From Chloroflexota bacterium (GTDB lineage Bacteria > Chloroflexota > Limnocylindria > Limnocylindrales > CSP1-4): a stretch of 64,000 bases of DNA. The stretch lies in assembly GCA_019637815.1 (NCBI GenBank), contig JAHBUZ010000006.1, positions 128,522 to 192,521 of the forward strand, in the 5' to 3' direction. The notes under the pieces were generated by a model that did not search any database, was not told the DNA's origin, and worked only from the letters and a program-made list of their open reading frames with translations. Shown in pieces: positions 18,293 through 28,217 of the stretch; the stretch's first letter is position 1; each line of letters opens with the position of its first letter. The position numbers and the translations under genes were made by a program.

Positions 18293-19447
18293 ATGACCTC
18301 CACCCGCGACTACTACGACATCCTCGGTGTGCCTCGTGGCGCGTCCGACGAGGATCTCAAGCGCGCCTTCCGGAAGCTCGCCCAGCAGTGGCACCCGGAC
18401 GTCAGCCGGGAGCCGGGCGCGGACGAGCGCTTCAAGGAGATCAACGAGGCCTACCAGGTCCTCTCGGACCCCCAGCGGCGTCAGGCGTATGACACCTTCG
18501 GGAGGGCCGGTGTCGGGGGTGCGGACGGCTTCGGGCCGTTCGGCGGATTCGCCGGCTTCGGGGACATCTTCGATGCGTTCTTCGGGGGTGCCGCAGCGGG
18601 CTCCCAGCGACGCACCCGTGCCGCGACCGGTGCCGACCTGCGCTATGACCTCCAGCTGACGTTCGACGAGGCGATCAAGGGCACCGCCAAGGACATCACC
18701 TTCACGGCGCTCGGCACCTGCGAGACGTGCAGTGGCAGCGGCGCCGAGCCGGGCTCGACACCCACGACCTGTCCCCAGTGCGACGGCTCGGGCGAGATCC
18801 GCCAGATCCGCTCCACGATGCTCGGCCAGATGGTCAACGTGAGCGTCTGTGGTCGGTGTCGGGGCGTGGGCCAGATCGTGGAGCGTGCCTGCCCAGTGTG
18901 CCGTGGCGAAGGCCGCACGGAGCTCAAGCGCACGCTCCGGGTCACGATCCCCGCGGGCATCGATGATGGCCACCAGATCCGCCTGTCGGGCGAGGGGGAG
19001 GCGGGGCCCCGTGGCGGGACCGCGGGCAACCTGTACGTGGTGACCCACGTGGAGCCGCATCCGGCCCTGCGCCGCCAGGACACCGAGCTGTACGTGGAGC
19101 TGCCGATCTCCATCAGTCAGGCCGCGCTGGGGGCGCGCATCGCGGTGCCCACGCCGGACGGGGACGAGGTCGTCGAGGTGAAGGCGGGGACCCAGCCGGG
19201 CGCGGAGATCCGGCTCCGGGGTCGGGGCGTGCCGCATCTCCGTCGACCGGGGGTGCGTGGGGACCTCCACGTGCTCGTGGACGTCCAGGTGCCGACCCGC
19301 CTGTCGCCGCGCCAGCGGTCGCTGCTGGAGGAGCTCGCGCTGGAGTCCGGGGAGCGAGCCGATGAGCCCGTCCGGACGACCGCCGGGCGCTCGAAGGGCA
19401 AGGGCAAGCGCGGCATCGCGGATCGGCTGAAGGACGCCATCAGCTGA
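18293..19447 (+). CDS. dnaJ: molecular chaperone DnaJ
   Basis: J domain DYYDILGV...WHPDV. G/F-rich region. Four CxxCxGxG zinc-finger motifs (CETCSGSG, CPQCDGSG, CGRCRGVG, CPVCRGEG). The start is an internal ATG of track ORF 17603..19447. Confidence 0.95.
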   Translation: MTSTRDYYDILGVPRGASDEDLKRAFRKLAQQWHPDVSREPGADERFKEINEAYQVLSDPQRRQAYDTFGRAGVGGADGFGPFGGFAGFGDIFDAFFGGAAAGSQRRTRAATGADLRYDLQLTFDEAIKGTAKDITFTALGTCETCSGSGAEPGSTPTTCPQCDGSGEIRQIRSTMLGQMVNVSVCGRCRGVGQIVERACPVCRGEGRTELKRTLRVTIPAGIDDGHQIRLSGEGEAGPRGGTAGNLYVVTHVEPHPALRRQDTELYVELPISISQAALGARIAVPTPDGDEVVEVKAGTQPGAEIRLRGRGVPHLRRPGVRGDLHVLVDVQVPTRLSPRQRSLLEELALESGERADEPVRTTAGRSKGKGKRGIADRLKDAIS

Positions 19448-19477
19448 TCGTGGACGGACGCCGTCGACCGCTCATGG

Positions 19478-20605
19478 GTGACCAGGCGCGCGATCGTGGA
19501 TGACCGGACGGGTGGCGGCACCGCGACCCAGGACCTCCCCACGACCGACATGGACCGGCCGGACCAGCTGGCCGCCGGCACGTGGCTGGAGCTCTCGGTG
19601 GAGGCCGACCAGGAGGCCGTGGAGGCGGTGAGCGCCATCCTCGACCGTGCCGCGCCGGGTGGCGTCTCGGTGGAGGTGCCCTTCGCGCTCATCGACGAGG
19701 GCCTGGGCGCGCAGCCCCGCACGGACGCGCCGGCCACGCTCCGGGCATACCTGCCGGGTATCGACGCGGCCGCGGCACGTGCCGCGATCGAGCGCGTGGA
19801 GCGGGACCTCGGCCATCTCCAGGCGTTCGGGCTGCGGCCCATCGGGGAGCTGACGGTGCAACCGGTCCACGAGGAGGACTGGGCGGCGGCCTGGAAGCAG
19901 CACTTCCCGGTGCTCCGCGTGGGCCGACGCCTCGTCATCCGGCCCACATGGCGCCGCCATCGGAGCGCACCGGATGACGTCGTGCTGGCGCTCGACCCGG
20001 GGATGGCGTTCGGCACGGGACTCCACCCGACGACCCGGCTGTGTCTGGCGGGCATCGAACGCTGGGCCGATGCGGGCCTGCTGGATGGGGCACGCGCGCT
20101 CGACGTGGGCTGTGGCTCCGGGATCCTCGCCATCGCGGCGGCACGGCTCGGCGCGCGCTCGGTGCATGGCGTGGATACCGATCCGATCGCGGTGGATGCC
20201 ACGATCGCGAACGCGCGTCGGAACCGGGTGCTGCGACGTGTGACCGCGGCGCAGGGCTCGGTCCCGCTGACGGCCGGGGGGCAGGGGACAGCCCTCCGTG
20301 GCGGTGCCGTGACCCGCCGAGGTACCAGCGTGCCTCCCTTCGACCTGGTCCTCGCGAACCTCATCGCCTCGCTGCTCGGGCACCTCGCGCCGGCGCTCGC
20401 GGCATCGCTCCGACCTGGTGGCCGGATGCTCGCATCGGGCATCTTCATCGACCGGGAGCCGGAGGTGATCAGGGCGTTCGAGACCGCCGGCCTGGAGGTC
20501 CTGCGCCGCGACCAGGAGACCGACTGGGTGCTGCTCGATGTCGTCCGACCGGTCCCGGGGTCGTCCGCGACGTCCGACGGGCCGTCCAGACCCGGTGCCA
20601 CGTGA
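19478..20605 (+). CDS. prmA: ribosomal protein L11 methyltransferase
   Basis: WLELSVEA...EDWAAAWKQHFP...LDPGMAFGTGLHPTT...LDVGCGSGILAIAA. The start could be the ATG at 19550. An insertion in the C-terminal part is noted. Confidence 0.85.
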   Translation: MTRRAIVDDRTGGGTATQDLPTTDMDRPDQLAAGTWLELSVEADQEAVEAVSAILDRAAPGGVSVEVPFALIDEGLGAQPRTDAPATLRAYLPGIDAAAARAAIERVERDLGHLQAFGLRPIGELTVQPVHEEDWAAAWKQHFPVLRVGRRLVIRPTWRRHRSAPDDVVLALDPGMAFGTGLHPTTRLCLAGIERWADAGLLDGARALDVGCGSGILAIAAARLGARSVHGVDTDPIAVDATIANARRNRVLRRVTAAQGSVPLTAGGQGTALRGGAVTRRGTSVPPFDLVLANLIASLLGHLAPALAASLRPGGRMLASGIFIDREPEVIRAFETAGLEVLRRDQETDWVLLDVVRPVPGSSATSDGPSRPGAT

Positions 20606-20618
20606 CGCAGGAGGAGCC

Positions 20619-20972
20619 ATGACCGCCGATCCGGAGTGCCTGTTCTGCCGCATCGCTGCGGGCGAGATCCCCGCGACGCTCGTCCACGAGGACGAGCAGG
20701 TGCTCGCGTTCCGTGACATCGCGCCACGCGCGCCCACCCACATCCTGCTCATCCCGCGGGATCACATCCGCTCCGCCGCGGAGTTGACCGATGCCCACGC
20801 GCCCCTGGTCGGCCATCTGTTCGCCGTGGCCGCCCAGGTCGCCCGTGACCAGGGGGTCGCCGAGGCAGGCTATCGACTGGTCACGAACATCGGCTCGGGT
20901 GGTGGGCAGACCGTGGACCATCTGCACGTCCACCTGCTGGGCGGTCGACCGATGACATGGCCACCCGGATGA
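20619..20972 (+). CDS. HIT family (histidine triad) protein
   Basis: ATG at 20619 preceded by GGAGGAG. CLFCRI...HILLIPR...HLHVHLLGG histidine triad. Confidence 0.9.
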   Translation: MTADPECLFCRIAAGEIPATLVHEDEQVLAFRDIAPRAPTHILLIPRDHIRSAAELTDAHAPLVGHLFAVAAQVARDQGVAEAGYRLVTNIGSGGGQTVDHLHVHLLGGRPMTWPPG

Positions 20973-21535
20973 CCGGCCGGGCGCGAGCCGGCCAGACGCG
21001 CTGGGCATCCCGGGCGCCCTGGCTGGTCGTCGTGGTCGCATCCCTGGCGCTGGCCGGCTGTGGCGGCGCGCAGCCCATCCGACAGGACCCCGATCCGCTG
21101 CCGACCCCCGTCGCATCGCTGGGTGTGGCGCTCCAGGGCACGGTCGGCCTGCTGAGCGACGCGCTCGCTGCCGCCGGCTACCAGCTGGCACCGCCCGTGG
21201 GCCAGTACCGACCGTCCGAGCCGGCGTCGCTGACGCACGCGCCGCGCACGGTGCTCCAGGTGCTCGGTCCGGAGGCGGACCAGGGCTTCGTCGTGGTGTA
21301 TGACCTGCGCACCAGCGATGTCGCGGCGCAGCGCGCCACCGAGCTCGCGCGGTACCTGGGCTCCGGGTTCGGTCAGACCAACTTCCCGGTCGATGCGCAG
21401 TTCAGCGTGGCCCAGGTCGGCAGCACCGTCATCCTGACGTGGTGGTCCCGCGAGCGCGCCGATGACCCCGATCGGATCCAGGGCGCGTTCGACGTCATCC
21501 GCTCGGTCGGCCAGTCCGTGCCGGTCGTGAAGTAG
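20957..21535 (+). CDS. hypothetical lipoprotein
   Basis: Signal peptide with lipobox LVVVVASLALAGCGG. No recognisable family. Confidence 0.55.
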   Translation: MATRMTGRARAGQTRWASRAPWLVVVVASLALAGCGGAQPIRQDPDPLPTPVASLGVALQGTVGLLSDALAAAGYQLAPPVGQYRPSEPASLTHAPRTVLQVLGPEADQGFVVVYDLRTSDVAAQRATELARYLGSGFGQTNFPVDAQFSVAQVGSTVILTWWSRERADDPDRIQGAFDVIRSVGQSVPVVK

Positions 21536-21606
21536 AGGCCGGGTCTCGGGGAGTGTCACGTCTGCCCTGCGTGCCCGGGGCCGGATCGCAGGGAAGCGGC
21601 CATGCC

Positions 21607-23325
21607 TCAGCCGGGCGTGTCGTGCACCTGGAGCGGGATGTCGACGGCGGCCCATGCGCGGACGTCATCGCGTCGGATCTTGAGCGTGTGGGTCCGCGGG
21701 AAGTCCGGATCGGGCCACAGCCGCCAGGCGTCGATACGCTGGTGCGTGCCGAGCACCTTGTTGACGTCCCTGACGATGCGCTCGATATCCGCCCGGACCC
21801 GCGCGTCCGTCTCGGGATCGCGCTCCTCCTGGCCGCCCCGACCCGGCGCCACGATGGGCATCGTGCCGGGCGGCAGCACGACCGCCTCGATGCGACCGGG
21901 TGCCGTCTCGAGCACCACGGCCTGCGAGATGCCGTGGTCCGCGAGGACCGCCTCGATGTCCTCGGGGTACACGTTCAGGCCGTTCGGCAGCACGATGATG
22001 TTCTTCGTGCGACCCGACAGCACCAGGCGGCCCTGCTCGTCGAAGCGGCCGATGTCCCCGGTGTGATACCAACCATCGGGGTCGATGGCGGCCGCGGTCG
22101 CCTCCGGATCGTCCCAGTAGCCCGGCGTCACCGTAGGCCCGGCGACCAGGATCTCCGATGTCTCCGGGTGGAGCTGGACGCGCACCGGCGACAGGGTCCG
22201 ACCGACGATGCCGGCCGGGTGATCCCGCTCGCTGTTCGCCGCCGCGGGGCCGCACTCGGTCGCGCCATAGCCCTGGAGGACGACGATGCCCAGGTCCTCC
22301 CAGGCCAGCTGGAGGTCCGGGGGCAGATAGGCCCCCGCCGAGACCATGAGCGTGAGCGACCCGCCCAGCTGTCGATGCACCGACCGGAAGACCAGGCGAC
22401 GGAGCGCCATCGGTAGTCGACGGGCGATGCCCCGGGCGCGCTCGAACGTGGCGGACTTGCCCTGTCGGTCGACCTCGCGTGTGATCGCGGTCCAGAAGAT
22501 CTCCAGCAGCTGGGGCGTCACCACCATGGTCGTGACCCGCAGCTCCCGCAGCGACTCGAAGATGATGCGTGGGTTGCGGGACCGGACATACAGGATCTCG
22601 GCGCCGACCATCGTGCCGTAGAGCAGCACCGGTGCCTGCTCGAACAGGTGCGACAGCGGCAGCAGCGACACGAGCCGATGGGTCCGCGGCGGCACCAGCT
22701 TGGCGCACACGGCGACCGTCTCGAGCATGTTGCCGTGGGTCAGCATCACGCCCTTCGGGTGGGACGTGGTGCCGGACGTGTAGATCACCTCGAACAGGCT
22801 GTCGCGCGTGGGTCGCGCCCAGGAGTCCAGCTGCGCCTCCCAACCAGTGGGGAAGGTCCGGTCGTCCTGGACCGGGTCTGCCGTGAGGTCATCGACCGTG
22901 GCGAGCGTCAGCTTCAGGTCCGTGAGGCCCGCCGCGACCGGGTCGGGTGCGTCCGCGCCCGTGCCGATGGCCAGGACCCGTGCGCCGGACCGTCCGGCGA
23001 TGCGCTGGAGCACGGTCGGCGACATGCGCAGGTCGAGCGGTACCAGGACGGCACCCGCGATCGCGGCGCCCCAGAACACGGCGGGCAGTGCGGGCGCGGC
23101 CGGGCTCCATGTCAGCAGCCGATCACCGGGGACGACGCCCAGGGCTCGGAGCCGCCATGCCGCAAGTCGTGCCCGGCGTCGCAGCTCGGCCGACGACCAG
23201 CGGTGGCTGGTGCCCTCGTCCGTGCGCAGGCTGAGCGTCGGCCGGTCGTGGGGGTAGCGGCGCGCCGCGTCATCCAGGAGGTCGACGAGGGACGTGAACG
23301 TGCTCGGGTCAGGGAAGTCCGCCAT
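21607..23325 (-). CDS. AMP-dependent synthetase/ligase (acyl-CoA synthetase family)
   Basis: AMP-binding motif YTSGTTSHPKGVMLTH, later GYGATECG, YHTGDIG and a C-terminal K-containing lid. Confidence 0.85.
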   Translation of the reverse strand: MADFPDPSTFTSLVDLLDDAARRYPHDRPTLSLRTDEGTSHRWSSAELRRRARLAAWRLRALGVVPGDRLLTWSPAAPALPAVFWGAAIAGAVLVPLDLRMSPTVLQRIAGRSGARVLAIGTGADAPDPVAAGLTDLKLTLATVDDLTADPVQDDRTFPTGWEAQLDSWARPTRDSLFEVIYTSGTTSHPKGVMLTHGNMLETVAVCAKLVPPRTHRLVSLLPLSHLFEQAPVLLYGTMVGAEILYVRSRNPRIIFESLRELRVTTMVVTPQLLEIFWTAITREVDRQGKSATFERARGIARRLPMALRRLVFRSVHRQLGGSLTLMVSAGAYLPPDLQLAWEDLGIVVLQGYGATECGPAAANSERDHPAGIVGRTLSPVRVQLHPETSEILVAGPTVTPGYWDDPEATAAAIDPDGWYHTGDIGRFDEQGRLVLSGRTKNIIVLPNGLNVYPEDIEAVLADHGISQAVVLETAPGRIEAVVLPPGTMPIVAPGRGGQEERDPETDARVRADIERIVRDVNKVLGTHQRIDAWRLWPDPDFPRTHTLKIRRDDVRAWAAVDIPLQVHDTPG

Positions 23326-23445
23326 GGCCGCGGAGTCTAGCGGTCAGAGGGGCACGGTCGGCAGGTCCGTCGCCGCGAAGTCGTCGCCCACGCACAGGAT
23401 CACTCGCCCGGCTGTGCCGTACGACGTCCTGGATACCGGAGCGCG

Positions 23446-25041
23446 TCAGCTGCCGCCGAGCGCGAACAGCTCGACGAGCGACTCCTCCGATCCGGCCGCG
23501 GTCTCCGCGACCGGGATGCCGTCCACGAGATCGATGACCTGCGCTCGTGGTTCGATCGTCCCCTGGTCGCCGCGACCACCCACGGGATGATCGGCGGTCG
23601 TCATGACGTAGGCGTACCTGCCATCCCACGAGATGTCCAGCGAGGCAGGGTAGAGCGGGACCGTCCCCGCGACAGGTGGGATCCGCGCCACCACCTCGAG
23701 GGTGGCAGGGTCGAGCAGTCGCACCTCGCCACTCGGCCCACGCGATGACACCTCGTCGCCCGGGTCCCAGCTCACGACGAGCAGTCGTTCGCCGGTCGGG
23801 CTCAGGGCAAGCTGGCCGATCGACGCGTCGACGTCACCCACCCGGCTGCCATCGCGGGTGTCGATCACCCGGAGGCCGATCGGTCCGTAGCGAACGATCT
23901 GGTCGGGATCCCCGGTGAGGATCGCTGTGAGTCCCGTCAGGTACAGCCGTGCGCCATCGAGGCTCAGGGCGCCCGACAGGAACGCCTCGGGTGGGATGTC
24001 GTCGGCGCTGGTCGCCCAGTCGACCGGGACCGCCGCCACCTCGAGTCCGGGCAGTCCCACGACCAGCAGCCGATCGTGGCTGGCCACGAACACGCGCCGA
24101 CGCGGCAGGTCCCACATGACGGCCGGGCTCCTTTGGGCCAGGCCGAGCTCCAGGTCGGACAGCTCGACATCATCGACGACGGCAGGCTGGTCGAGGTCGA
24201 CCGTCAGGATGTGGACGGCGCGGCCCTCCTGCCCGGCCTCGTCCAGGAGTCGCCCGATGACCACCAACGTCGATGCGGTCGGGTCGTCGCGGCCGTCCAT
24301 GATCCGAGCATGCAGGGGTCGGAGGGCCGGGTCGGGCAGCGTCACCAGACGCTCGGCCGATGGGGCGCCGATGGACCAGCGCATGACCTCGAACGCATGA
24401 CCGATCGGCAGCGTGATCGACGTCTCGGTGGGGGCGAGCCAGACGAGGGAACGCGAGTCCGGCGTCCAGGTGACGCCCCGGAAGTCGACCAACCCCGTCA
24501 CCGGGGTGTCCGCGATGGTCCACGATGCCAGGTCGATGAGCCGCAGCGTGCCGGTGCCAGGCGCATCGGACAGCCAGGTCATGATGGCGAGCGTTCGACC
24601 GTCGGGGCTGAGGTGCGGCTCGAATGGCTGGGTGACGATGATGGGGTCGAAGCCGTCGAGCGGGCGCGCGGTCGCAGGGTCTGCTGGCCGCAGCCACACA
24701 TCACTGCCCGTCGGGGTGTCGCGATAGGTCGCGGACACGAGCTCCCGAACCGGGGCGACCCGCCCGCCGGCGCCTGGCACGGTGGGGACGGGATGGGGCC
24801 CCGTCGGTCCATCGACCACGAGGCCCAGCCCGAGGAACACGGCCATGGCCGTCACCAGGCCGAGGACACGGGCCAGCCGTCGTGGACCGTGCCGCCGGCG
24901 GAGCGCCCGTTCTCGTGCCCCGGCCACGAGACCCATCGTCGGCGACCCGACGCCCCGGGCCCGCAGATACGCCGAGATGACGTCGTCGCTGAGCGTCGGG
25001 CGCGTCGGAGACGTGTCGGGATGCGACCCGGATCGCCTCAT
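23446..25041 (-). CDS. putative anti-sigma factor: short cytoplasmic N-terminus, one TM helix, large extracytoplasmic beta-propeller-like domain
   Basis: Internal ATG (codon 125 of track ORF 23446..25413) overlaps the sigma-factor stop as ATGA. TM helix LARVLGLVTAMAVFLGLGLVV. The repetitive beta-rich C-terminal region has WD40/TolB-like character. Confidence 0.55.
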   Translation of the reverse strand: MRRSGSHPDTSPTRPTLSDDVISAYLRARGVGSPTMGLVAGARERALRRRHGPRRLARVLGLVTAMAVFLGLGLVVDGPTGPHPVPTVPGAGGRVAPVRELVSATYRDTPTGSDVWLRPADPATARPLDGFDPIIVTQPFEPHLSPDGRTLAIMTWLSDAPGTGTLRLIDLASWTIADTPVTGLVDFRGVTWTPDSRSLVWLAPTETSITLPIGHAFEVMRWSIGAPSAERLVTLPDPALRPLHARIMDGRDDPTASTLVVIGRLLDEAGQEGRAVHILTVDLDQPAVVDDVELSDLELGLAQRSPAVMWDLPRRRVFVASHDRLLVVGLPGLEVAAVPVDWATSADDIPPEAFLSGALSLDGARLYLTGLTAILTGDPDQIVRYGPIGLRVIDTRDGSRVGDVDASIGQLALSPTGERLLVVSWDPGDEVSSRGPSGEVRLLDPATLEVVARIPPVAGTVPLYPASLDISWDGRYAYVMTTADHPVGGRGDQGTIEPRAQVIDLVDGIPVAETAAGSEESLVELFALGGS

Positions 25042-25589
25042 CGATCGCCCTCCTCGTACGCGGCCCGCAGGCGCGCGACCGCCGCGTGCAGCCGGGACTT
25101 GACCGTCCCTTCGGGGATCCGCAGGGTCGCGGCGATGTCCGCGGTGGGCAGGTCGAGCGTGTAGCGGAGGGCGAGGATCGCTCGGTGGTCCACCGAGAGT
25201 CGTTCGAACGCCCGGTCGAGCTGGTCGCGCAGCACGATCGCCTCTGCCGGGTCGGGCCGTCGGTCGGCGATCCGCTGGTCGGTGGGCTCGAGCGCCGTCG
25301 CCCTGATCCGGCGCGAGCGTCTTCGGAGGGTGTTCCGACAGCGGTTGATGACGATGGAGCGCAGCCACGGGAGGAGTCGCTCGGGATCGCGCAGCGACCG
25401 GACATGGCGCCACGCCTCGACGAGCGCGTCCTGGACCACGTCCGCCGCGTCGTCGGGGCCCACGATGGCGGCCGCCAGCCGATGCAGCTCAGGGACCAGG
25501 GCGACGACCCTGGCCTCGAACGCATCCCACGCCGATCCCTCGAGCACGCGCGATCCGATGCCTCCTCCGATGGCCACCTGTGTTCGCAT
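25038..25589 (-). CDS. ECF (sigma-70 family, group 4) RNA polymerase sigma factor
   Basis: Region 2 DVVQDALVEAWRH...WLRSIVINRCRN and region 4 ADIAATLRIPEGTVKSRLHAAVARLR. Confidence 0.85.
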   Translation of the reverse strand: MRTQVAIGGGIGSRVLEGSAWDAFEARVVALVPELHRLAAAIVGPDDAADVVQDALVEAWRHVRSLRDPERLLPWLRSIVINRCRNTLRRRSRRIRATALEPTDQRIADRRPDPAEAIVLRDQLDRAFERLSVDHRAILALRYTLDLPTADIAATLRIPEGTVKSRLHAAVARLRAAYEEGDR

Positions 25590-25764
25590 GACCCATGAGA
25601 CACCACCAGCCGCGATCCGGTTCGCATGGTGCTCCGCCGATCCGCGCGGAGGAACGCGCGGACTCCACGTGGGCCGGCGGGCGGCGTCATCGCCATGTCA
25701 TACGACGCCGATCGCCATCCTGCGCGATGGCGATCGGATACCAGAGATGTGGTACGTTGATGGT

Positions 25765-26001
25765 ATGCGCACGACCATCGACAAGGCTGGCCGCATCGTC
25801 ATCCCCCGCATGTTCCGGGAGCAGGTGGGTCTGTACGGGCCGGCCGAGGTCGACATCGAGCTGGATGGCGCGGCCATCCGCATCGAGCCGGTGACGCAGG
25901 GCTCGGTCATCGATGAGGACGGACGGCTGGTGATCCCCGCGACGGGCCAGGTCGTCACGGTCGAGACCGTGCAGCGACTCCGTGATGCCGACCGGCGCTG
26001 A
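25765..26001 (+). CDS. AbrB/MazE/SpoVT-family antitoxin (VapB-like)
   Basis: MRTTIDKAGRIVIPRMFREQVGL swapped-hairpin motif. 78 aa. Overlaps the downstream PIN gene. Confidence 0.75.
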   Translation: MRTTIDKAGRIVIPRMFREQVGLYGPAEVDIELDGAAIRIEPVTQGSVIDEDGRLVIPATGQVVTVETVQRLRDADRR

Positions 26002-26449
26002 CGCCCGGACCCGGCGGCCCACGGCCACTCGGCCACCTCGGCTCGACCTGCTCCTCGACACCAGTGCCGCGGTCCCGTTGCTGGTGGCCGACCATGAGAT
26101 GCACGGAGCGGCCATGGCGGCGACACGTCGACTTCGACTGGGACTCGCCGGGCACGCGTGGTTCGAGACGTACTCGGTCCTGACGCGTCTGCCACCGGGC
26201 ATCCGACGCAGCCCGGCCGATGTCCGGGCGCTGCTGGCGCACGACTTCCCGGGCTCGTGGTCCCTCGACGCACCGGCGACCGAGTCACTCATGGAGGAGC
26301 TCGCGATGCGCCGGATCGCGGGTGGCGCGGTGTACGACGCCCTGGTCGGAGCCGCGGCACGACACCACGATGTGCCTCTGCTGACCGCCGACCGGCGCGC
26401 GATCCGGACCTACGACGCGCTCGGGGTCCGGATCCGACTCCTCGCCTGA
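25982..26449 (+). CDS. PIN-domain ribonuclease toxin (VapC-like)
   Basis: LLLDTSAAVPLL (first acidic residue), AVYDALVGAAA and LLTADRRA are typical PIN motifs. The start overlaps the antitoxin 3' end. Confidence 0.75.
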   Translation: MMPTGADARTRRPTATRPPRLDLLLDTSAAVPLLVADHEMHGAAMAATRRLRLGLAGHAWFETYSVLTRLPPGIRRSPADVRALLAHDFPGSWSLDAPATESLMEELAMRRIAGGAVYDALVGAAARHHDVPLLTADRRAIRTYDALGVRIRLLA

Positions 26450-26612
26450 CCCCCACTGCGACACCGCCGGTGCGACACCGCCGGCTGCGATCCCGTTCGG
26501 GGCGGATGATAGGAGCGCCCGCGCGCCACCCGTCGATCGGCGTGGTGGCAGGATCCACCCATGTCGACCCGGACCGGTGTCGGCCAGAGCACTCGGAGGG
26601 GGACCCCGTATC

Positions 26613-27173
26613 GTGACCCGCACCATCGGCTACATCGTCGGCTCGATCTCGAGCACGTCCATCAATCGCACGCTCTCTAGGGTGCTCGTCCGGCTCGCGC
26701 CGCAGGATGTCGAGATGGTGGAGATCCCCATCGCGCAGCTGCCCTTCTACTCGCCGGACTACGAGGCGGACTACCCGCCGGTCGGCCTGGACCTCAAGGC
26801 GGCCATCGCGGCGGTCGATGGCGTGATCATCGTGACCCCGGAGTACAGCCGTTCGATCCCGGGCGTGCTCAAGAACGCGCTCGACTGGGCGGCGCGACCC
26901 GCCGGCCAGGGTGCGTTCCGGCGGGTGCCGGTCGCGACCATCGGGACGTCCCGTGGCGGTATCGGCACCGCGGCGGGTCAGCAGCATCTGAAGGCGGTGA
27001 TGCTCACCATGGGAGCCATCGTCATGGCGCAGCCGGAGGGCTACATCCAGACGCTGCCGGGCCTGTTCACGGACGAGGGCGAGGTCACGAACGAAGGGAC
27101 CGCCACGTTCCTCGAGGGCTGGCTGCGTGCGTTCGTCGAGCACGTGGACATGGTGCGACCCGCCCACGACTGA
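26613..27173 (+). CDS. NADPH-dependent FMN reductase family protein
   Basis: GTG at 26613 preceded by GGAGGGGGA. IGYIVGSISSTSINR ... VIIVTPEYSRSIPGVLKNALDW. Confidence 0.8.
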   Translation: MTRTIGYIVGSISSTSINRTLSRVLVRLAPQDVEMVEIPIAQLPFYSPDYEADYPPVGLDLKAAIAAVDGVIIVTPEYSRSIPGVLKNALDWAARPAGQGAFRRVPVATIGTSRGGIGTAAGQQHLKAVMLTMGAIVMAQPEGYIQTLPGLFTDEGEVTNEGTATFLEGWLRAFVEHVDMVRPAHD

Positions 27174-27458
27174 ACCCAGGCTGTCGTCCGAGGGGTCCGG
27201 CCCCGGCCAGCAAGACGGCCACGTGGTGCCATGCGGACGACATGCCCGAGCCCACGTGCGCGATGGATCCGTCCCTCGACCCATCCCTCGGTGCTGGTGT
27301 ACACTCCGCCGGCCCTCCGCGCGAAGGTCGGGCGTGCCTCGGGACCATCCCGAGGGCCCACACGCATCTGCCACTCGAGCGCGCATCCTGCCCGGCCCAC
27401 CGGCCTCCGGGTGGTCATGTCCGGGCCGCAGCGTCCGCCGGTGGGAGGTGATCAGAGG

Positions 27459-27638
27459 TTGGCAGAGGTCCGTGTCGGTGAGAACGAGACCTTCGAGAGC
27501 GCCCTCCGACGCTTCAACAAGAAGATCCAGCAGAGCGGCATCCTCGCGGAGGCTCGCAGGCGCGAGCACTACGAGAAGCCGAGTGTGAAGCGCAAGCGCA
27601 AGGAAGCGAAGCGCAAGAAGGCCACCCGCCAGGACTAG
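27459..27638 (+). CDS. rpsU: 30S ribosomal protein S21
   Basis: TTG start preceded by GGGAGGTGA. (L/M)[47 protein letters not shown]. It is embedded in the longer track ORF 27231..27638. Confidence 0.9.
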   Translation: MAEVRVGENETFESALRRFNKKIQQSGILAEARRREHYEKPSVKRKRKEAKRKKATRQD

Positions 27639-27728
27639 GCAGGTCGGCCCTTCGGTGATCCCTCCGGGGCGAACCAAAGGGGCCCACCGCTGACGTCGCC
27701 GGGGCGGGGAGCCGCCCGGGAGCATCAG

Positions 27729-28217
27729 GTGACCCTCGCACAACGACTCCAGGCAGACATGACGGCCGCCATGCGGTCGGGTGACGTGCTCACGCGCGAC
27801 ACCCTGCGCATGGTCATCGCTGCTGCCCACAACGCCGAGGTCGCAGCTCGTCGTCCCCTGACGGATGACGAGCTCGTCGGCGTGCTCACGAAGGAAGCCA
27901 AGACCCGGCGGGAGTCCGTGGAGGCGTATGAGGCCATCGGCCGGACCGACCTCGCGGACAAGGAGCGCGCCGAGGTCCAGGTCATCGCGACGTATCTGCC
28001 CGCGCAGCTGACCGAGGATGAGATCGCGACGCTCGTCGCGGACGCCATCGCCGCCACGGGAGCCAGCTCCGCGCGGGACATGGGCAAGGTGATGGGTCGT
28101 CTGTCGCCGTCCATCAAGGGCCGCGCGGACGGCAAGGTCGTCTCCGGCATGGTGGCCCAGGCGCTCGCCCGCATCGACCTCGCCGGTCATGACCACGGGG
28201 GTGCCGGGGGCGCCTAG
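27729..28217 (+). CDS. GatB/YqeY domain-containing protein
   Basis: LQADMTAAMRSGD...TLRMV...EAKTRRESVEAY...YLP..L...E....V and MGKVMG are typical of YqeY. Confidence 0.85.
   Translation: MTLAQRLQADMTAAMRSGDVLTRDTLRMVIAAAHNAEVAARRPLTDDELVGVLTKEAKTRRESVEAYEAIGRTDLADKERAEVQVIATYLPAQLTEDEIATLVADAIAATGASSARDMGKVMGRLSPSIKGRADGKVVSGMVAQALARIDLAGHDHGGAGGA

Noticed and set aside
26457-26486. A short tandem duplication TGCGACACCGCCGG x2 downstream of the VapC gene.
   Set aside because: It has only two 14-bp copies, with no obvious structure or association. It is probably a trivial slippage duplication.
27174-27458. A 286-bp non-coding region upstream of rpsU with a TACACT -10-like box and a hairpin (CCTCGGGA-CCA-TCCCGAGG). 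It was considered as a riboswitch or ribosomal-protein leader.
   Set aside because: I cannot match it to any known leader or riboswitch consensus by eye. A covariance-model scan (Rfam/Infernal) would be needed, so it is not reported as a feature.
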